Origin: Fibrobacteria bacterium
GTDB lineage: Bacteria > Fibrobacterota > Chitinivibrionia > Chitinivibrionales > FEN-1185
DNA: 19,303 nt
Reading direction: 5' to 3'
NCBI GenBank assembly: GCA_037447435.1
Contig: JBBIGR010000010.1
Span: forward strand, 115,961 to 135,263
In this document: in pieces, positions 7,286 to 15,269 of the stretch
How positions within the stretch are numbered: the stretch's first letter is position 1
Layout: the number at the start of each line of letters is the position of its first letter
The notes under the pieces: generated by a model
Seen by the model: only the letters and a program-made list of their open reading frames with translations
Databases searched by the model: none
Told to the model about the DNA's origin: nothing
Position numbers and translations under genes: made by a program

Positions 7286-8203
7286 ATGAGCGTTATCGAC
7301 ATTATCGGCAACACGCCGCTTGCGCAAATCCGCCGCCTCTGGGACACGGAAAAAACCGGTGTGAGAATACTTGCTAAATTGGAAGGAGCCAATCCGGGAG
7401 GGTCGATCAAAGACAGGCCGGCGTATTATATGTTAAAAGCGGCCATGGATGCGGGCTATTTGACTAGAGATAAGATAGTTCTGGAGCCGACGTCCGGCAA
7501 TACCGGCATAGGAATGGCTATGATTGCGGCTGCGTTGGATTTTCGTATTAAGTTGACTATGCCCGCATGCGTCAGCCAGGAACGGCGATCGGTGCTCATG
7601 GCGCTCGGTGCGGAAATCGAATTGACGCCGGGATGCGAAAAAACGGATGGGGCAATACGACGCGCTCATGCCATTCTTGCGAAGGAAGGCGACAAGTATT
7701 TCATGCCCAATCAATTTGCAAATGAAGCAAACTGGAAGTCTCATTTTGAAACAACTGCTCCGGAAATTGACCGGGACACAAAAGGGATGGTCGATTTTGT
7801 TGTTGCAGGAATGGGTACGACGGGCACGCTTATGGGGTGTTCGCGATACTTTCGACAAAAGAACCCTAAAACAAAGGTGATTGGCATTGAGCCTGAAATG
7901 GATCATCGCATCCAAGGGCTTAAAAATATGAACGAATCCATTGTACCCCGGATTTACGATGCCTCGCTTCTTGACGCTAAACTTACCTGTTCGGATGAAA
8001 ATGCGTTTACTTTGACGCGCGATTTGGCAGTGAAGGAAGGTCTCTTTTGCGGAATTTCAAGCGGTGCGGCACTGTGGGGAGCATTGGAAATTGCCAAAAA
8101 CAGCGCACGCGGTACAACGATAGTCGTGATCCTGCCCGATAGAGGAGACCGGTATTTATCGACGGAGGTTTTCAGGTCCGTTTGCGCGCTTTGTCCTCCT
8201 TGA
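7286..8203 (+). CDS. cysM: PLP-dependent cysteine synthase / O-acetylserine sulfhydrylase (CysM-like)
   Basis: IGNTPL, KLEGANPGGSIKDR (PLP lysine), EPTSGNTG, NQFAN, GMGTTGT, IQGL, GISSGA, PDRGDRYLST. SD AAGGA upstream. CysM versus CysK assignment is by motif resemblance only. Confidence 0.88.
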   Translation: MSVIDIIGNTPLAQIRRLWDTEKTGVRILAKLEGANPGGSIKDRPAYYMLKAAMDAGYLTRDKIVLEPTSGNTGIGMAMIAAALDFRIKLTMPACVSQERRSVLMALGAEIELTPGCEKTDGAIRRAHAILAKEGDKYFMPNQFANEANWKSHFETTAPEIDRDTKGMVDFVVAGMGTTGTLMGCSRYFRQKNPKTKVIGIEPEMDHRIQGLKNMNESIVPRIYDASLLDAKLTCSDENAFTLTRDLAVKEGLFCGISSGAALWGALEIAKNSARGTTIVVILPDRGDRYLSTEVFRSVCALCPP

Positions 8204-8226
8204 TCACTAAGCAATACAACGGTCAA

Positions 8227-8260
8227 ATAACCCGGTAAAATCGATTGTTTACCGGGTTAT
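8227..8260. terminator. Perfect 13-bp inverted repeat between convergent cysteine synthase and ROK genes; bidirectional terminator candidate
   Basis: ATAACCCGGTAAA (8227-8239), 8-nt loop, TTTACCGGGTTAT (8248-8260). Confidence 0.75.
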
Positions 8261-8270
8261 GCAATCAGGA

Positions 8271-9386
8271 CTATTTCAAAGACTTTTTGTCCAAAGCATT
8301 TAATGCAAAGGCATATGCTCCAACAGCAACGGATTTGCTGGTGCCAAGCCTGGACATGCCGACACCGATTCGTTTGAGCGGATCATAGGGGATTTTCTTC
8401 GTTGTTCCGGGAATAACGATCGTTTTTTGTGCTCCTTTAAGGAATTTTTTTCGGTCGGAAGCGTCTTCTAAATTATACGCCTTTGTTTCCAAACGGGGAA
8501 TCGCCGCACCTGAAACGGTTTGTATCGAGCCGTTCAATTCCTTGACTATCGATGGAAGGAAAAGTTTTGATGCGCCGGATAATCCGCCGCCGATAACGAT
8601 GAGACCGTCGACAAGTGTTATCGCATTTGCAAGCGCGTCGCCGATAACTTCGCCCATGGTTTCGAATGCTGTTTTTGCAGCTTGTTTATTCCCGGATTTT
8701 TTGCCCAATGCAATAGTGAAAATGTCTTTGGGTTCCGGGCTTTGATCAATTTTTAATTTTGCTTCTTTCGCATAGATTCGCTTGACAGCGCGAATGCTGA
8801 CTCCTTCTTCTGCGAAGCAATTCCGTTCAAGTTTATGGCGCATGACCCAAATTTCTCCTGCAGCCGAATTGTCGCCGATGAATAGTTCGTTATCCCGCAC
8901 GATGCCGCCGCCGAAACCGGTTCCCAGGGTTATGCCGAAAAGGACCTTGTATTGTTTGGGGCTCCCTGCTTCTCTAAGCATTTTATTTACTTCAGGCAAT
9001 AAGCCCGAAATAGATTCGCCATAAGCAAATAAGTCGCCGTCGTTGTTGATATATACCGGAATTTTGAATTTCTCCTTAAGCATTGGGCCTAAAGCGACCC
9101 CGCCACGATAACCGGGCAGATTTCCCAAATCTCCAATGATTCCTGCCGGATAATCTGCCGGTCCAGGGAAGGCAAAACTGATTGCCGAGGGTTTTGCGTT
9201 AAGATTGGCCTTAACTTGAGAGAACCCTTCGATAACGTTTGCGAGCGATTTTGTAAGATCTTTTGCCTCCGAAGGAACGGTAATCGGATCGATAATTTCC
9301 TCATTGGCCCGTATTGCCGAAAAAACGAAATTGGTACCGCCGGCATCCAAAGTCATGACTATTCTTTTGTCTTTGTTATAATTCAT
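8271..9386 (-). CDS. ROK-family sugar kinase (Bacteroides RokA-like hexokinase, no HTH)
   Basis: MTLDAGGTNFVFSA ATP-binding motif, AFPGPADY, NNDGDLFAYGE, TLGTGFGGG, AGEIW, IGGGL. Start moved to ATG 9386 with AGGGAAGGA upstream; the extension to 9563 overlaps the MFS gene. Confidence 0.9.
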   Translation of the reverse strand: MNYNKDKRIVMTLDAGGTNFVFSAIRANEEIIDPITVPSEAKDLTKSLANVIEGFSQVKANLNAKPSAISFAFPGPADYPAGIIGDLGNLPGYRGGVALGPMLKEKFKIPVYINNDGDLFAYGESISGLLPEVNKMLREAGSPKQYKVLFGITLGTGFGGGIVRDNELFIGDNSAAGEIWVMRHKLERNCFAEEGVSIRAVKRIYAKEAKLKIDQSPEPKDIFTIALGKKSGNKQAAKTAFETMGEVIGDALANAITLVDGLIVIGGGLSGASKLFLPSIVKELNGSIQTVSGAAIPRLETKAYNLEDASDRKKFLKGAQKTIVIPGTTKKIPYDPLKRIGVGMSRLGTSKSVAVGAYAFALNALDKKSLK

Positions 9387-9459
9387 ACACATCCTTCCCT
9401 GTATCGATTTGAAATGTATGTCAGGTAAAACTATTGTTGATAATTGGCAAACATGTAAA

Positions 9460-9478
9460 GCCGCAGTTCTAATACGGC
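9460..9478 (-). terminator. Weak hairpin between the MFS and ROK genes
   Basis: Minus strand GCCGTA, 7-nt loop, TGCGGC (one G.U pair), followed by TTT. Confidence 0.25.
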
Positions 9479-9493
9479 ATGGGCAACACGTTC

Positions 9494-10654
9494 TTATGCT
9501 TTCGTCGCTGTTGTTGCTTTTGTCCCGCCTCGAAGCGAAAGTATGAAAAGATACGCAAAGCAAACAGCAGGCACGATAAATGCCATTGCTCTATAGTCCA
9601 TATCAACCAGTTTGCTCATTATAAGCGGGACGATTGCACCGCCGGAAATAGCCATACACATAAGACCGGAAAGTTCGCTTGCAGAATCCGGCTTTTCTTC
9701 AACGGTAATTGAGAAAAGCATGGGCCAGATATTTGCAAAACCCAAACCTGCACAAATAACGCCGACAATCGCGAGTACCGGGGATCCTACCATAAGAAAT
9801 AATGCTCCAACAAGACCGAGCAATGCCGAAATACGGAAAAAATTACGGGGGCTGATTGCCAAAAGAACAAAGCCGCCGACAATTCTACCAAATGTAATGA
9901 GACCAAAAAACAGCGTTGCGCCGACAATGCTTGCGGTGCTTGCGGTCATTCCGATTATTTTTTCAAGAGGAACCAAAAACCTTGCCATACAAACTTCCGC
10001 GCCTACATAGAGGAATATTCCGACAACAGCGAAAAGAAAAATCGGCTTTTTAAGCAGGCCCAGGCTTGATCCAAGGCTTGGCGGAATATCCGCCTTTGTT
10101 TCTTTTACTTTGAGGAATGCGACAAAAATGAACGCAAATGCCATGATAATGAAAAACAATGGGAATGATGCCCGCCAGCCCATGCCTTTGAATATCGCAA
10201 TGGCTGTAATTGCGGTAACAAGGTATGTCGACAACGTGCTGCCGATACCCTTGATCCCTTGCGCAAAGCTGAGGTTTTTGCTATATGCCCCTTCGGCGCT
10301 GACATCGCGCATGATCGGGTTCCCGGAAACCTGGAGGCAAGTCGTACCTACGCCAAGAAGGAAAATGCAGCTTAATAAAAGCGTGTAGCTCGGCGCCATA
10401 AGAGTCGGTACAAGACAGGCGATTGCGTTTAAACCTAAACCAAGAAGTAAAACCTTCTTTTTGCCGATACGGGCTGCAAGAAGACCGCACGGAACACTGA
10501 ATGCTGCGAATGCGATAAACACAAAAAACGACATGAGCGTAGCCATAACATTACTGATGTGATACTGATTTTTAACCGCATCGGACATCGGGCCCATGGC
10601 ATCCGCTATACCCATTGCTAAAAATGCCAGAAAAATTGGAAGGGCTTTTATCAT
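9494..10654 (-). CDS. MFS sugar:H+ symporter, FucP/GluP (FHS) family
   Basis: About 12 hydrophobic segments; RIGKKK loop, LQVSGNP, GIFLYVGAE, GRIVG, ANIWPMLFS, MAISGGAIVP. SD AAGGAGG at 10666-10660. Confidence 0.9.
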   Translation of the reverse strand: MIKALPIFLAFLAMGIADAMGPMSDAVKNQYHISNVMATLMSFFVFIAFAAFSVPCGLLAARIGKKKVLLLGLGLNAIACLVPTLMAPSYTLLLSCIFLLGVGTTCLQVSGNPIMRDVSAEGAYSKNLSFAQGIKGIGSTLSTYLVTAITAIAIFKGMGWRASFPLFFIIMAFAFIFVAFLKVKETKADIPPSLGSSLGLLKKPIFLFAVVGIFLYVGAEVCMARFLVPLEKIIGMTASTASIVGATLFFGLITFGRIVGGFVLLAISPRNFFRISALLGLVGALFLMVGSPVLAIVGVICAGLGFANIWPMLFSITVEEKPDSASELSGLMCMAISGGAIVPLIMSKLVDMDYRAMAFIVPAVCFAYLFILSLRGGTKATTATKA

Positions 10655-10759
10655 CTCGACCTCCTTAAGTTTAAATAGGTTAATAAAACGTGGAATTGTA
10701 ACAGTAATCCGATTGCATTCGTTTGAAATAAATCCCCTTGGTTTCAGAATAATTAGCCG

Positions 10760-10980
10760 TAATTTAAAAAAATAAAAGTCCAGATAAAATATGTTAAACG
10801 TAAAGAGAAAAGCTTGTTAAAAAGTAAAAAAATTAATAAAAATAATAAAACAGAAGTAACCATTAAAATACCATAATGCTTAGGAATATAAGAGTAAATA
10901 AACAAATAATCTCAATTAAATAACAAAAAACTAAAAATATAATTAAAAATAAAAAGACCGTATAAAACTTGTATTAATTG
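10760..10980. promoter_or_regulatory. Very AT-rich divergent intergenic region between the MFS and fascin-like genes
   Basis: Hand count: 31 G+C in 180 nt over 10801-10980 (about 17%), with many plus-strand A-tracts and no ORF. Confidence 0.55.
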
Positions 10981-11079
10981 ATTGATTTTGCTTAAAGTGC
11001 TGTGTTCTGAGGACGTTATTGGGTTTGCAGAAGATGTAAATAAAATTCGGACGTATATTAAAGGTTGGAGTAAAGGATA

Positions 11080-11766
11080 ATGAAGTCAAACTTTGAAAAA
11101 ATCAGCTTTGGGACAGTAAGCAGTTTATTGTTGCGGTTAAAAGTCTTTGTTTTAATTGTTTTTATTTTAGGAATTACGATGTTTTCATCGAATGCGATCG
11201 ATCTGGAAGCCTTTCGCAGTTGTTCGGTGAGGCTTCAATCAAAAACGACTAAATTGTTTGTAACTGCCTGGGGCTTCGAGCCCGTTGCCGAAGTTCGGTC
11301 CAGTGCGTTTCATAAGGATGACACAAGGGCGCTATTTGATTTTTTTGTTAAGAAAAACGGTTCCGTTGCTGTTTTTTCACATGCAAATAACAGGTTCTGG
11401 ACTGTTTCTGATGAGGCGCACGGTTTTTCCGTGTTTTCATGCGAGAAAACCTTGAAAACAGCTGCTTGTTTTTTTGTTGTTCATAATGACGATAGTACCA
11501 TTTCTTTTAAATGTGCAAGTAATGGGAAATATCTTTCCGTGATAAGGGTAGATACAACGATGGTTTTGCGGCCCGATTCGCAAATTGTTTCACAAATTGA
11601 AGCGGGTAGAATGCAATTCTCGGAAAAAGAGGGAGAATCATCAAGGGATTTTATTGTCGACCGCTATAATCAACCTCAAGCATATTCCTATTTTTCATTA
11701 CGTGCGCAGGCGATACAAATAAAAGACAGTGAAAAATTTGAAGCATATCCTGAGATCGGGAAATGA
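11080..11766 (+). CDS. Exported protein with a fascin-like beta-trefoil domain
   Basis: N-terminal hydrophobic stretch (VFVLIVFILGITMFSSNA), then three fascin-type repeats: VRLQSKTTKLFVTA, VAVFSHANNRFWTV, ISFKCASNGKYLSV, ending LRAQAIQIKDSEKFE. SD GGAG at 11067-11070. Confidence 0.65.
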   Translation: MKSNFEKISFGTVSSLLLRLKVFVLIVFILGITMFSSNAIDLEAFRSCSVRLQSKTTKLFVTAWGFEPVAEVRSSAFHKDDTRALFDFFVKKNGSVAVFSHANNRFWTVSDEAHGFSVFSCEKTLKTAACFFVVHNDDSTISFKCASNGKYLSVIRVDTTMVLRPDSQIVSQIEAGRMQFSEKEGESSRDFIVDRYNQPQAYSYFSLRAQAIQIKDSEKFEAYPEIGK

Positions 11767-11798
11767 CGGGCGGATTCTTTACGGGCAATGAGTTAAGA

Positions 11799-12920
11799 TT
11801 AAAGGAAAGCAAGCAAGTCGTTTTTGTCCGAATTCCCTCCAAGCAATGCAATTTTATCTTTCGTATAGCCTGCAGACAGTAATGGGGCGATTATGTCGTT
11901 TAGTAAATCCGGAATCCAGGATATAAGAAACGTTGCGCCTGAAGTCACTTCGATTTTTGGCGAATTAAAAGCCGCAGGAAGCAATGCGGATTGCCCTTTC
12001 GACAAAGTTACGCTTGTTTCACCCTGCCCGACGATAATTTCACCCTGTAATACCATGACGGTTTGAAATGATTTTCTATTCGGCACGGTAAAGGTTTGCG
12101 CTCCGGTACAACGGTATTCCTCAATCGCAAAATACTTACAGGCCATTCGAATGAAGCGCTCGCCCGGATTCATGGATTCCGCCTGTAACGGGGCAATCTT
12201 ATATGATTCGTGAAATGTGGTATTCAAAACCTGGAGAGATTCCTTGATATGCAACATGCGAGATTTGCCTTGCGCGTCCAATCTTCCCCAATCGTATAGC
12301 CTAAGAGTAACGTCCGAGGTCTGCTGTACTTCGTAGATGACCGTGTCGCCGCAAAGCGCATGAACCGTCCCGGCAGGAACAAAAAACATATCGCCCTTAT
12401 TAACATTGTGGAATAGCAGAAGGTCGGAGAGCGTTTCGTTTTGTATTGCCTGCAAAACATCGCTTTTCGTGACGCCGTTTTTAAACCCGACGATCAGCTG
12501 TGCGTTGGGTTCGGCATGTACTATATACCAACATTCGTTTTTTCCGAACCGTCCCCAGTTATTGGCATGTGCGTCCGAGTCGGATGGATGCACCTGCACG
12601 GAGAGCTTGTCATGTGCATCTATTAATTTGTACAATAAGGGAAATTGCGCTGAGGCGTCGGCGTTTTTACCGAGCAAATTGCTTCCGAATTCGTCCACAA
12701 TCCGTTCTAAAGTCATTTTGTCCAGGTTTTTGTTGACCACAATGCTTTGGTCTTTTCCGCATCCGGAAATTTCCCAGGATTCCCCGATGTTTACTCTTGG
12801 TGGGAGACTTTTTAAAACCATGGTTTCAAGAAGGCGTCCCCCCCAGATTGTCTCTTTATAAATCGGATCAAAAATCAGGGCTTGATTAAGCAACTCTACG
12901 GATAGGGATTTTGCGGTCAC
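11799..12920 (-). CDS. manA: Mannose-6-phosphate isomerase, type I (cupin)
   Basis: IWGG, IGESWEIS, FPLLYKLIDAHDKLSVQVHP, GKNECWY, PAGTVHA, EVQQTSDVTLRLYDWGR. GTG start with SD GGAGGAG at 12936-12930. Confidence 0.93.
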   Translation of the reverse strand: MTAKSLSVELLNQALIFDPIYKETIWGGRLLETMVLKSLPPRVNIGESWEISGCGKDQSIVVNKNLDKMTLERIVDEFGSNLLGKNADASAQFPLLYKLIDAHDKLSVQVHPSDSDAHANNWGRFGKNECWYIVHAEPNAQLIVGFKNGVTKSDVLQAIQNETLSDLLLFHNVNKGDMFFVPAGTVHALCGDTVIYEVQQTSDVTLRLYDWGRLDAQGKSRMLHIKESLQVLNTTFHESYKIAPLQAESMNPGERFIRMACKYFAIEEYRCTGAQTFTVPNRKSFQTVMVLQGEIIVGQGETSVTLSKGQSALLPAAFNSPKIEVTSGATFLISWIPDLLNDIIAPLLSAGYTKDKIALLGGNSDKNDLLAFL

Positions 12921-13454
12921 AATAAAAAACTCCTCCGAAAACCTATGATGTTCTCATTGCGGAATAGTCGGCGCCTTTTTCAAATGATAGGCCGACTTAA
13001 TTATTAGAAATTTGACGAGACCTTCACGGGTTCCTATAAACATACTGTAAAGAAATTCGTTTTAAAACAACTTTTGTGTTCTCTGTAAGAATAAATATAA
13101 AACAGCAAATAATTTATTATAAAAATAAAAAACAAAATACGTTGTCATTAAATATAACATATTAATATGAAAAAGACAAACAGCATTCGTCACCCTCAGA
13201 TAAAAATCAAATAATTAATAATAATATTAAAATGTAGGCACCTGTGGTTTATTTGAATGTGGATTTTGAAATCCAAGTGATATTAAACATAATTTTAGCT
13301 TCTCATTCATTACAGTCATTTTCACCATTGAAATCTGTTTAATTCCGGCTCCCCATTATATTTTAAAGAATCTCTAGGTTATTTTTTTTAAAACAGTATT
13401 TTAAAATACGGCTTCCCAAAACACGGAGATTATGTTTCCTTGCAGGAGTAAAGA

Positions 13455-15176
13455 ATGAATACGTTAGGTCAAACAAGAATCCGCATCAATGGCGATATTT
13501 CAATTGTCATAGCCGGTGCTGCAGGGCAGGGCATTCAGGCAATTGAATATGTTTTGTCCCGGATTTTGCGCAGCATAAGCTATAATGTTTTTTCAACAAG
13601 CGAATTCATGTCCCGTATCCGGGGAGGCTGTAATTCTACATTGTTGCGGGTAAGCGCAAAGAAGAACTCCGCATACATTAACAGAATCGATATATTCATT
13701 CCGCTGGATTCCGCCGCTTTTAAGCATTGTAAAAACAGAATCACCAATAAGACAATAATCCTTGGCGATTCCGATTCTTTGGAATCGGAATACAATATAG
13801 TCAATATTCCTTTTACCAAAATCGCCACCGAAATTGGAGGAAAAATTTATGCCAATTCCGTTGCGGTCGGCGTTGTTTGCGGAATGCTTGGCATTGAAGA
13901 AACAAAAGTAAAGCAATATCTTGAGATGCATTTTTCAGAAAAAAGCGCCGACATTATTGTTAAAAACATCGCAGCCTCCGGGCAAGGGTTTTTATTGGGA
14001 GCAAAGTTGTTGGCAGACGGTTTATTAACGGTGAACATAGACAAAGATCCGACCGTTGCGAATGAATTTTTTATGACCGGTGCCGAAGCTGTCGCCTTGG
14101 GTGCCTTGGCAGGCGGATGTGATTTTGTTTCTTCATATCCAATGTCGCCTTCTACGAATGTTTTGCAATTTCTTGCCGAACACAAAAACGAATTCGGCAT
14201 AGTCGTCGAGCAGGCGGAAGATGAAATATCGGCAATTAATATGGCAATCGGTGCTTGGTATGCGGGCGGCAGAGGATTTGTCACAACTGCCGGCGGCGGT
14301 TTTGCCTTAATGGGAGAAGGCGTAAGCCTGGCAGGTATGCTCGAAACGCCGGTTGTGGTGAATGTCGGGCAGCGTCCCGGTCCTGCGACGGGATTACCGA
14401 CTCGAACGGAGCAAGGCGATTTGGATCTTGTTCTCTATAGCGGTCATGGTGATTTTCCACGGGCAATTTATGCGCCGGGGACAATCGACGGCGCATATAA
14501 CGCAGTACGGAAGGCTTTTGAGGTTGCCGATAAATATCAAATTCCTTCCTTTATTCTTACCGATCAATATTTTCTCGATTCTTCTTGGGCGTCGCCGCCG
14601 TTTCAAAACCCCTCACAACCCGATGTAAAAAACATCGTTGAAACCGTTGCCGATTATAAAAGATATGCTTTTTCGGAAAATGGCGTTTCCCCGCGGGGAA
14701 TACCGGGAAAAGGTGAGGGGATCGTTTGTGTAGACAGCGACGAGCATACCGAAGAGGGGTATATAACCGAATCGATGGATGTTCGGGAAAAAATGGTTAG
14801 AAAACGGATGAAAAAACTTGAATTGCTCGAAAACGATATCCTGGTTCCAAAGTATTTGGGTCCCGAAAACCTGCGTTTTCTGGTCGTATGCTGGGGTTCG
14901 AATTACACCTGTGTGAAGGAAGCGGTCAACCTGATCGGCGATTCCCGATTGGCAATGATGCATGTGACTCAGATATATCCGTTGCATTTGACAATTAAAT
15001 TCCGCATGTCTAAGGCGCAAAAGGTCATCGTCGTCGAAAACAATGCAACCGGGCAATTTGCAAAACTCATGACTCGTGAAACAGGGTTGCCGGTCCATCA
15101 AACCATTCTTAAATACGACGGCATGCCGTTTTCCGTTGAAGAACTGGTAGAAAAAATTTCCGCAGCAATCGCATAA
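13455..15176 (+). CDS. 2-oxoacid:ferredoxin oxidoreductase, fused gamma-alpha subunit (KorA/OorA-like)
   Basis: GAAGQGI, SRIRGG, YPMSP, EQAEDEISAINMAIGA, QRPGPATGLPTRTEQGD, DEH, VENNATGQF. SD AGGAG at 13444-13448. Substrate cannot be assigned from sequence. Confidence 0.93.
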   Translation: MNTLGQTRIRINGDISIVIAGAAGQGIQAIEYVLSRILRSISYNVFSTSEFMSRIRGGCNSTLLRVSAKKNSAYINRIDIFIPLDSAAFKHCKNRITNKTIILGDSDSLESEYNIVNIPFTKIATEIGGKIYANSVAVGVVCGMLGIEETKVKQYLEMHFSEKSADIIVKNIAASGQGFLLGAKLLADGLLTVNIDKDPTVANEFFMTGAEAVALGALAGGCDFVSSYPMSPSTNVLQFLAEHKNEFGIVVEQAEDEISAINMAIGAWYAGGRGFVTTAGGGFALMGEGVSLAGMLETPVVVNVGQRPGPATGLPTRTEQGDLDLVLYSGHGDFPRAIYAPGTIDGAYNAVRKAFEVADKYQIPSFILTDQYFLDSSWASPPFQNPSQPDVKNIVETVADYKRYAFSENGVSPRGIPGKGEGIVCVDSDEHTEEGYITESMDVREKMVRKRMKKLELLENDILVPKYLGPENLRFLVVCWGSNYTCVKEAVNLIGDSRLAMMHVTQIYPLHLTIKFRMSKAQKVIVVENNATGQFAKLMTRETGLPVHQTILKYDGMPFSVEELVEKISAAIA

Positions 15177-15239
15177 TCCCGCACTTCGCTGCGGGATCAG
15201 TTGTAGCTGTGATTTTATCTATGCAAAATGCGTAGATAA
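15176..15239 (+). other. Two tandem stem-loops in the alpha-beta intergenic spacer
   Basis: ATCCCGCA-cttcgc-TGCGGGAT (15176-15197) and TTATCTATGCA-aaa-TGCGTAGATAA (15215-15239, one G.U pair). Confidence 0.6.
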
Positions 15240-15269
15240 TTGATAAATAGATACTAAAAGGAAAAAAAT

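Noticed and set aside
9387..9563. 59-aa N-terminal extension of the ROK ORF that might be an HTH repressor domain
   Set aside because: Overlaps the MFS 3' end, has no HTH character, and a good SD precedes ATG 9386.
10760..10980. AT-rich tract as a replication origin or CRISPR leader
   Set aside because: No DnaA-box cluster, repeat-spacer array, cas gene or rep gene seen.
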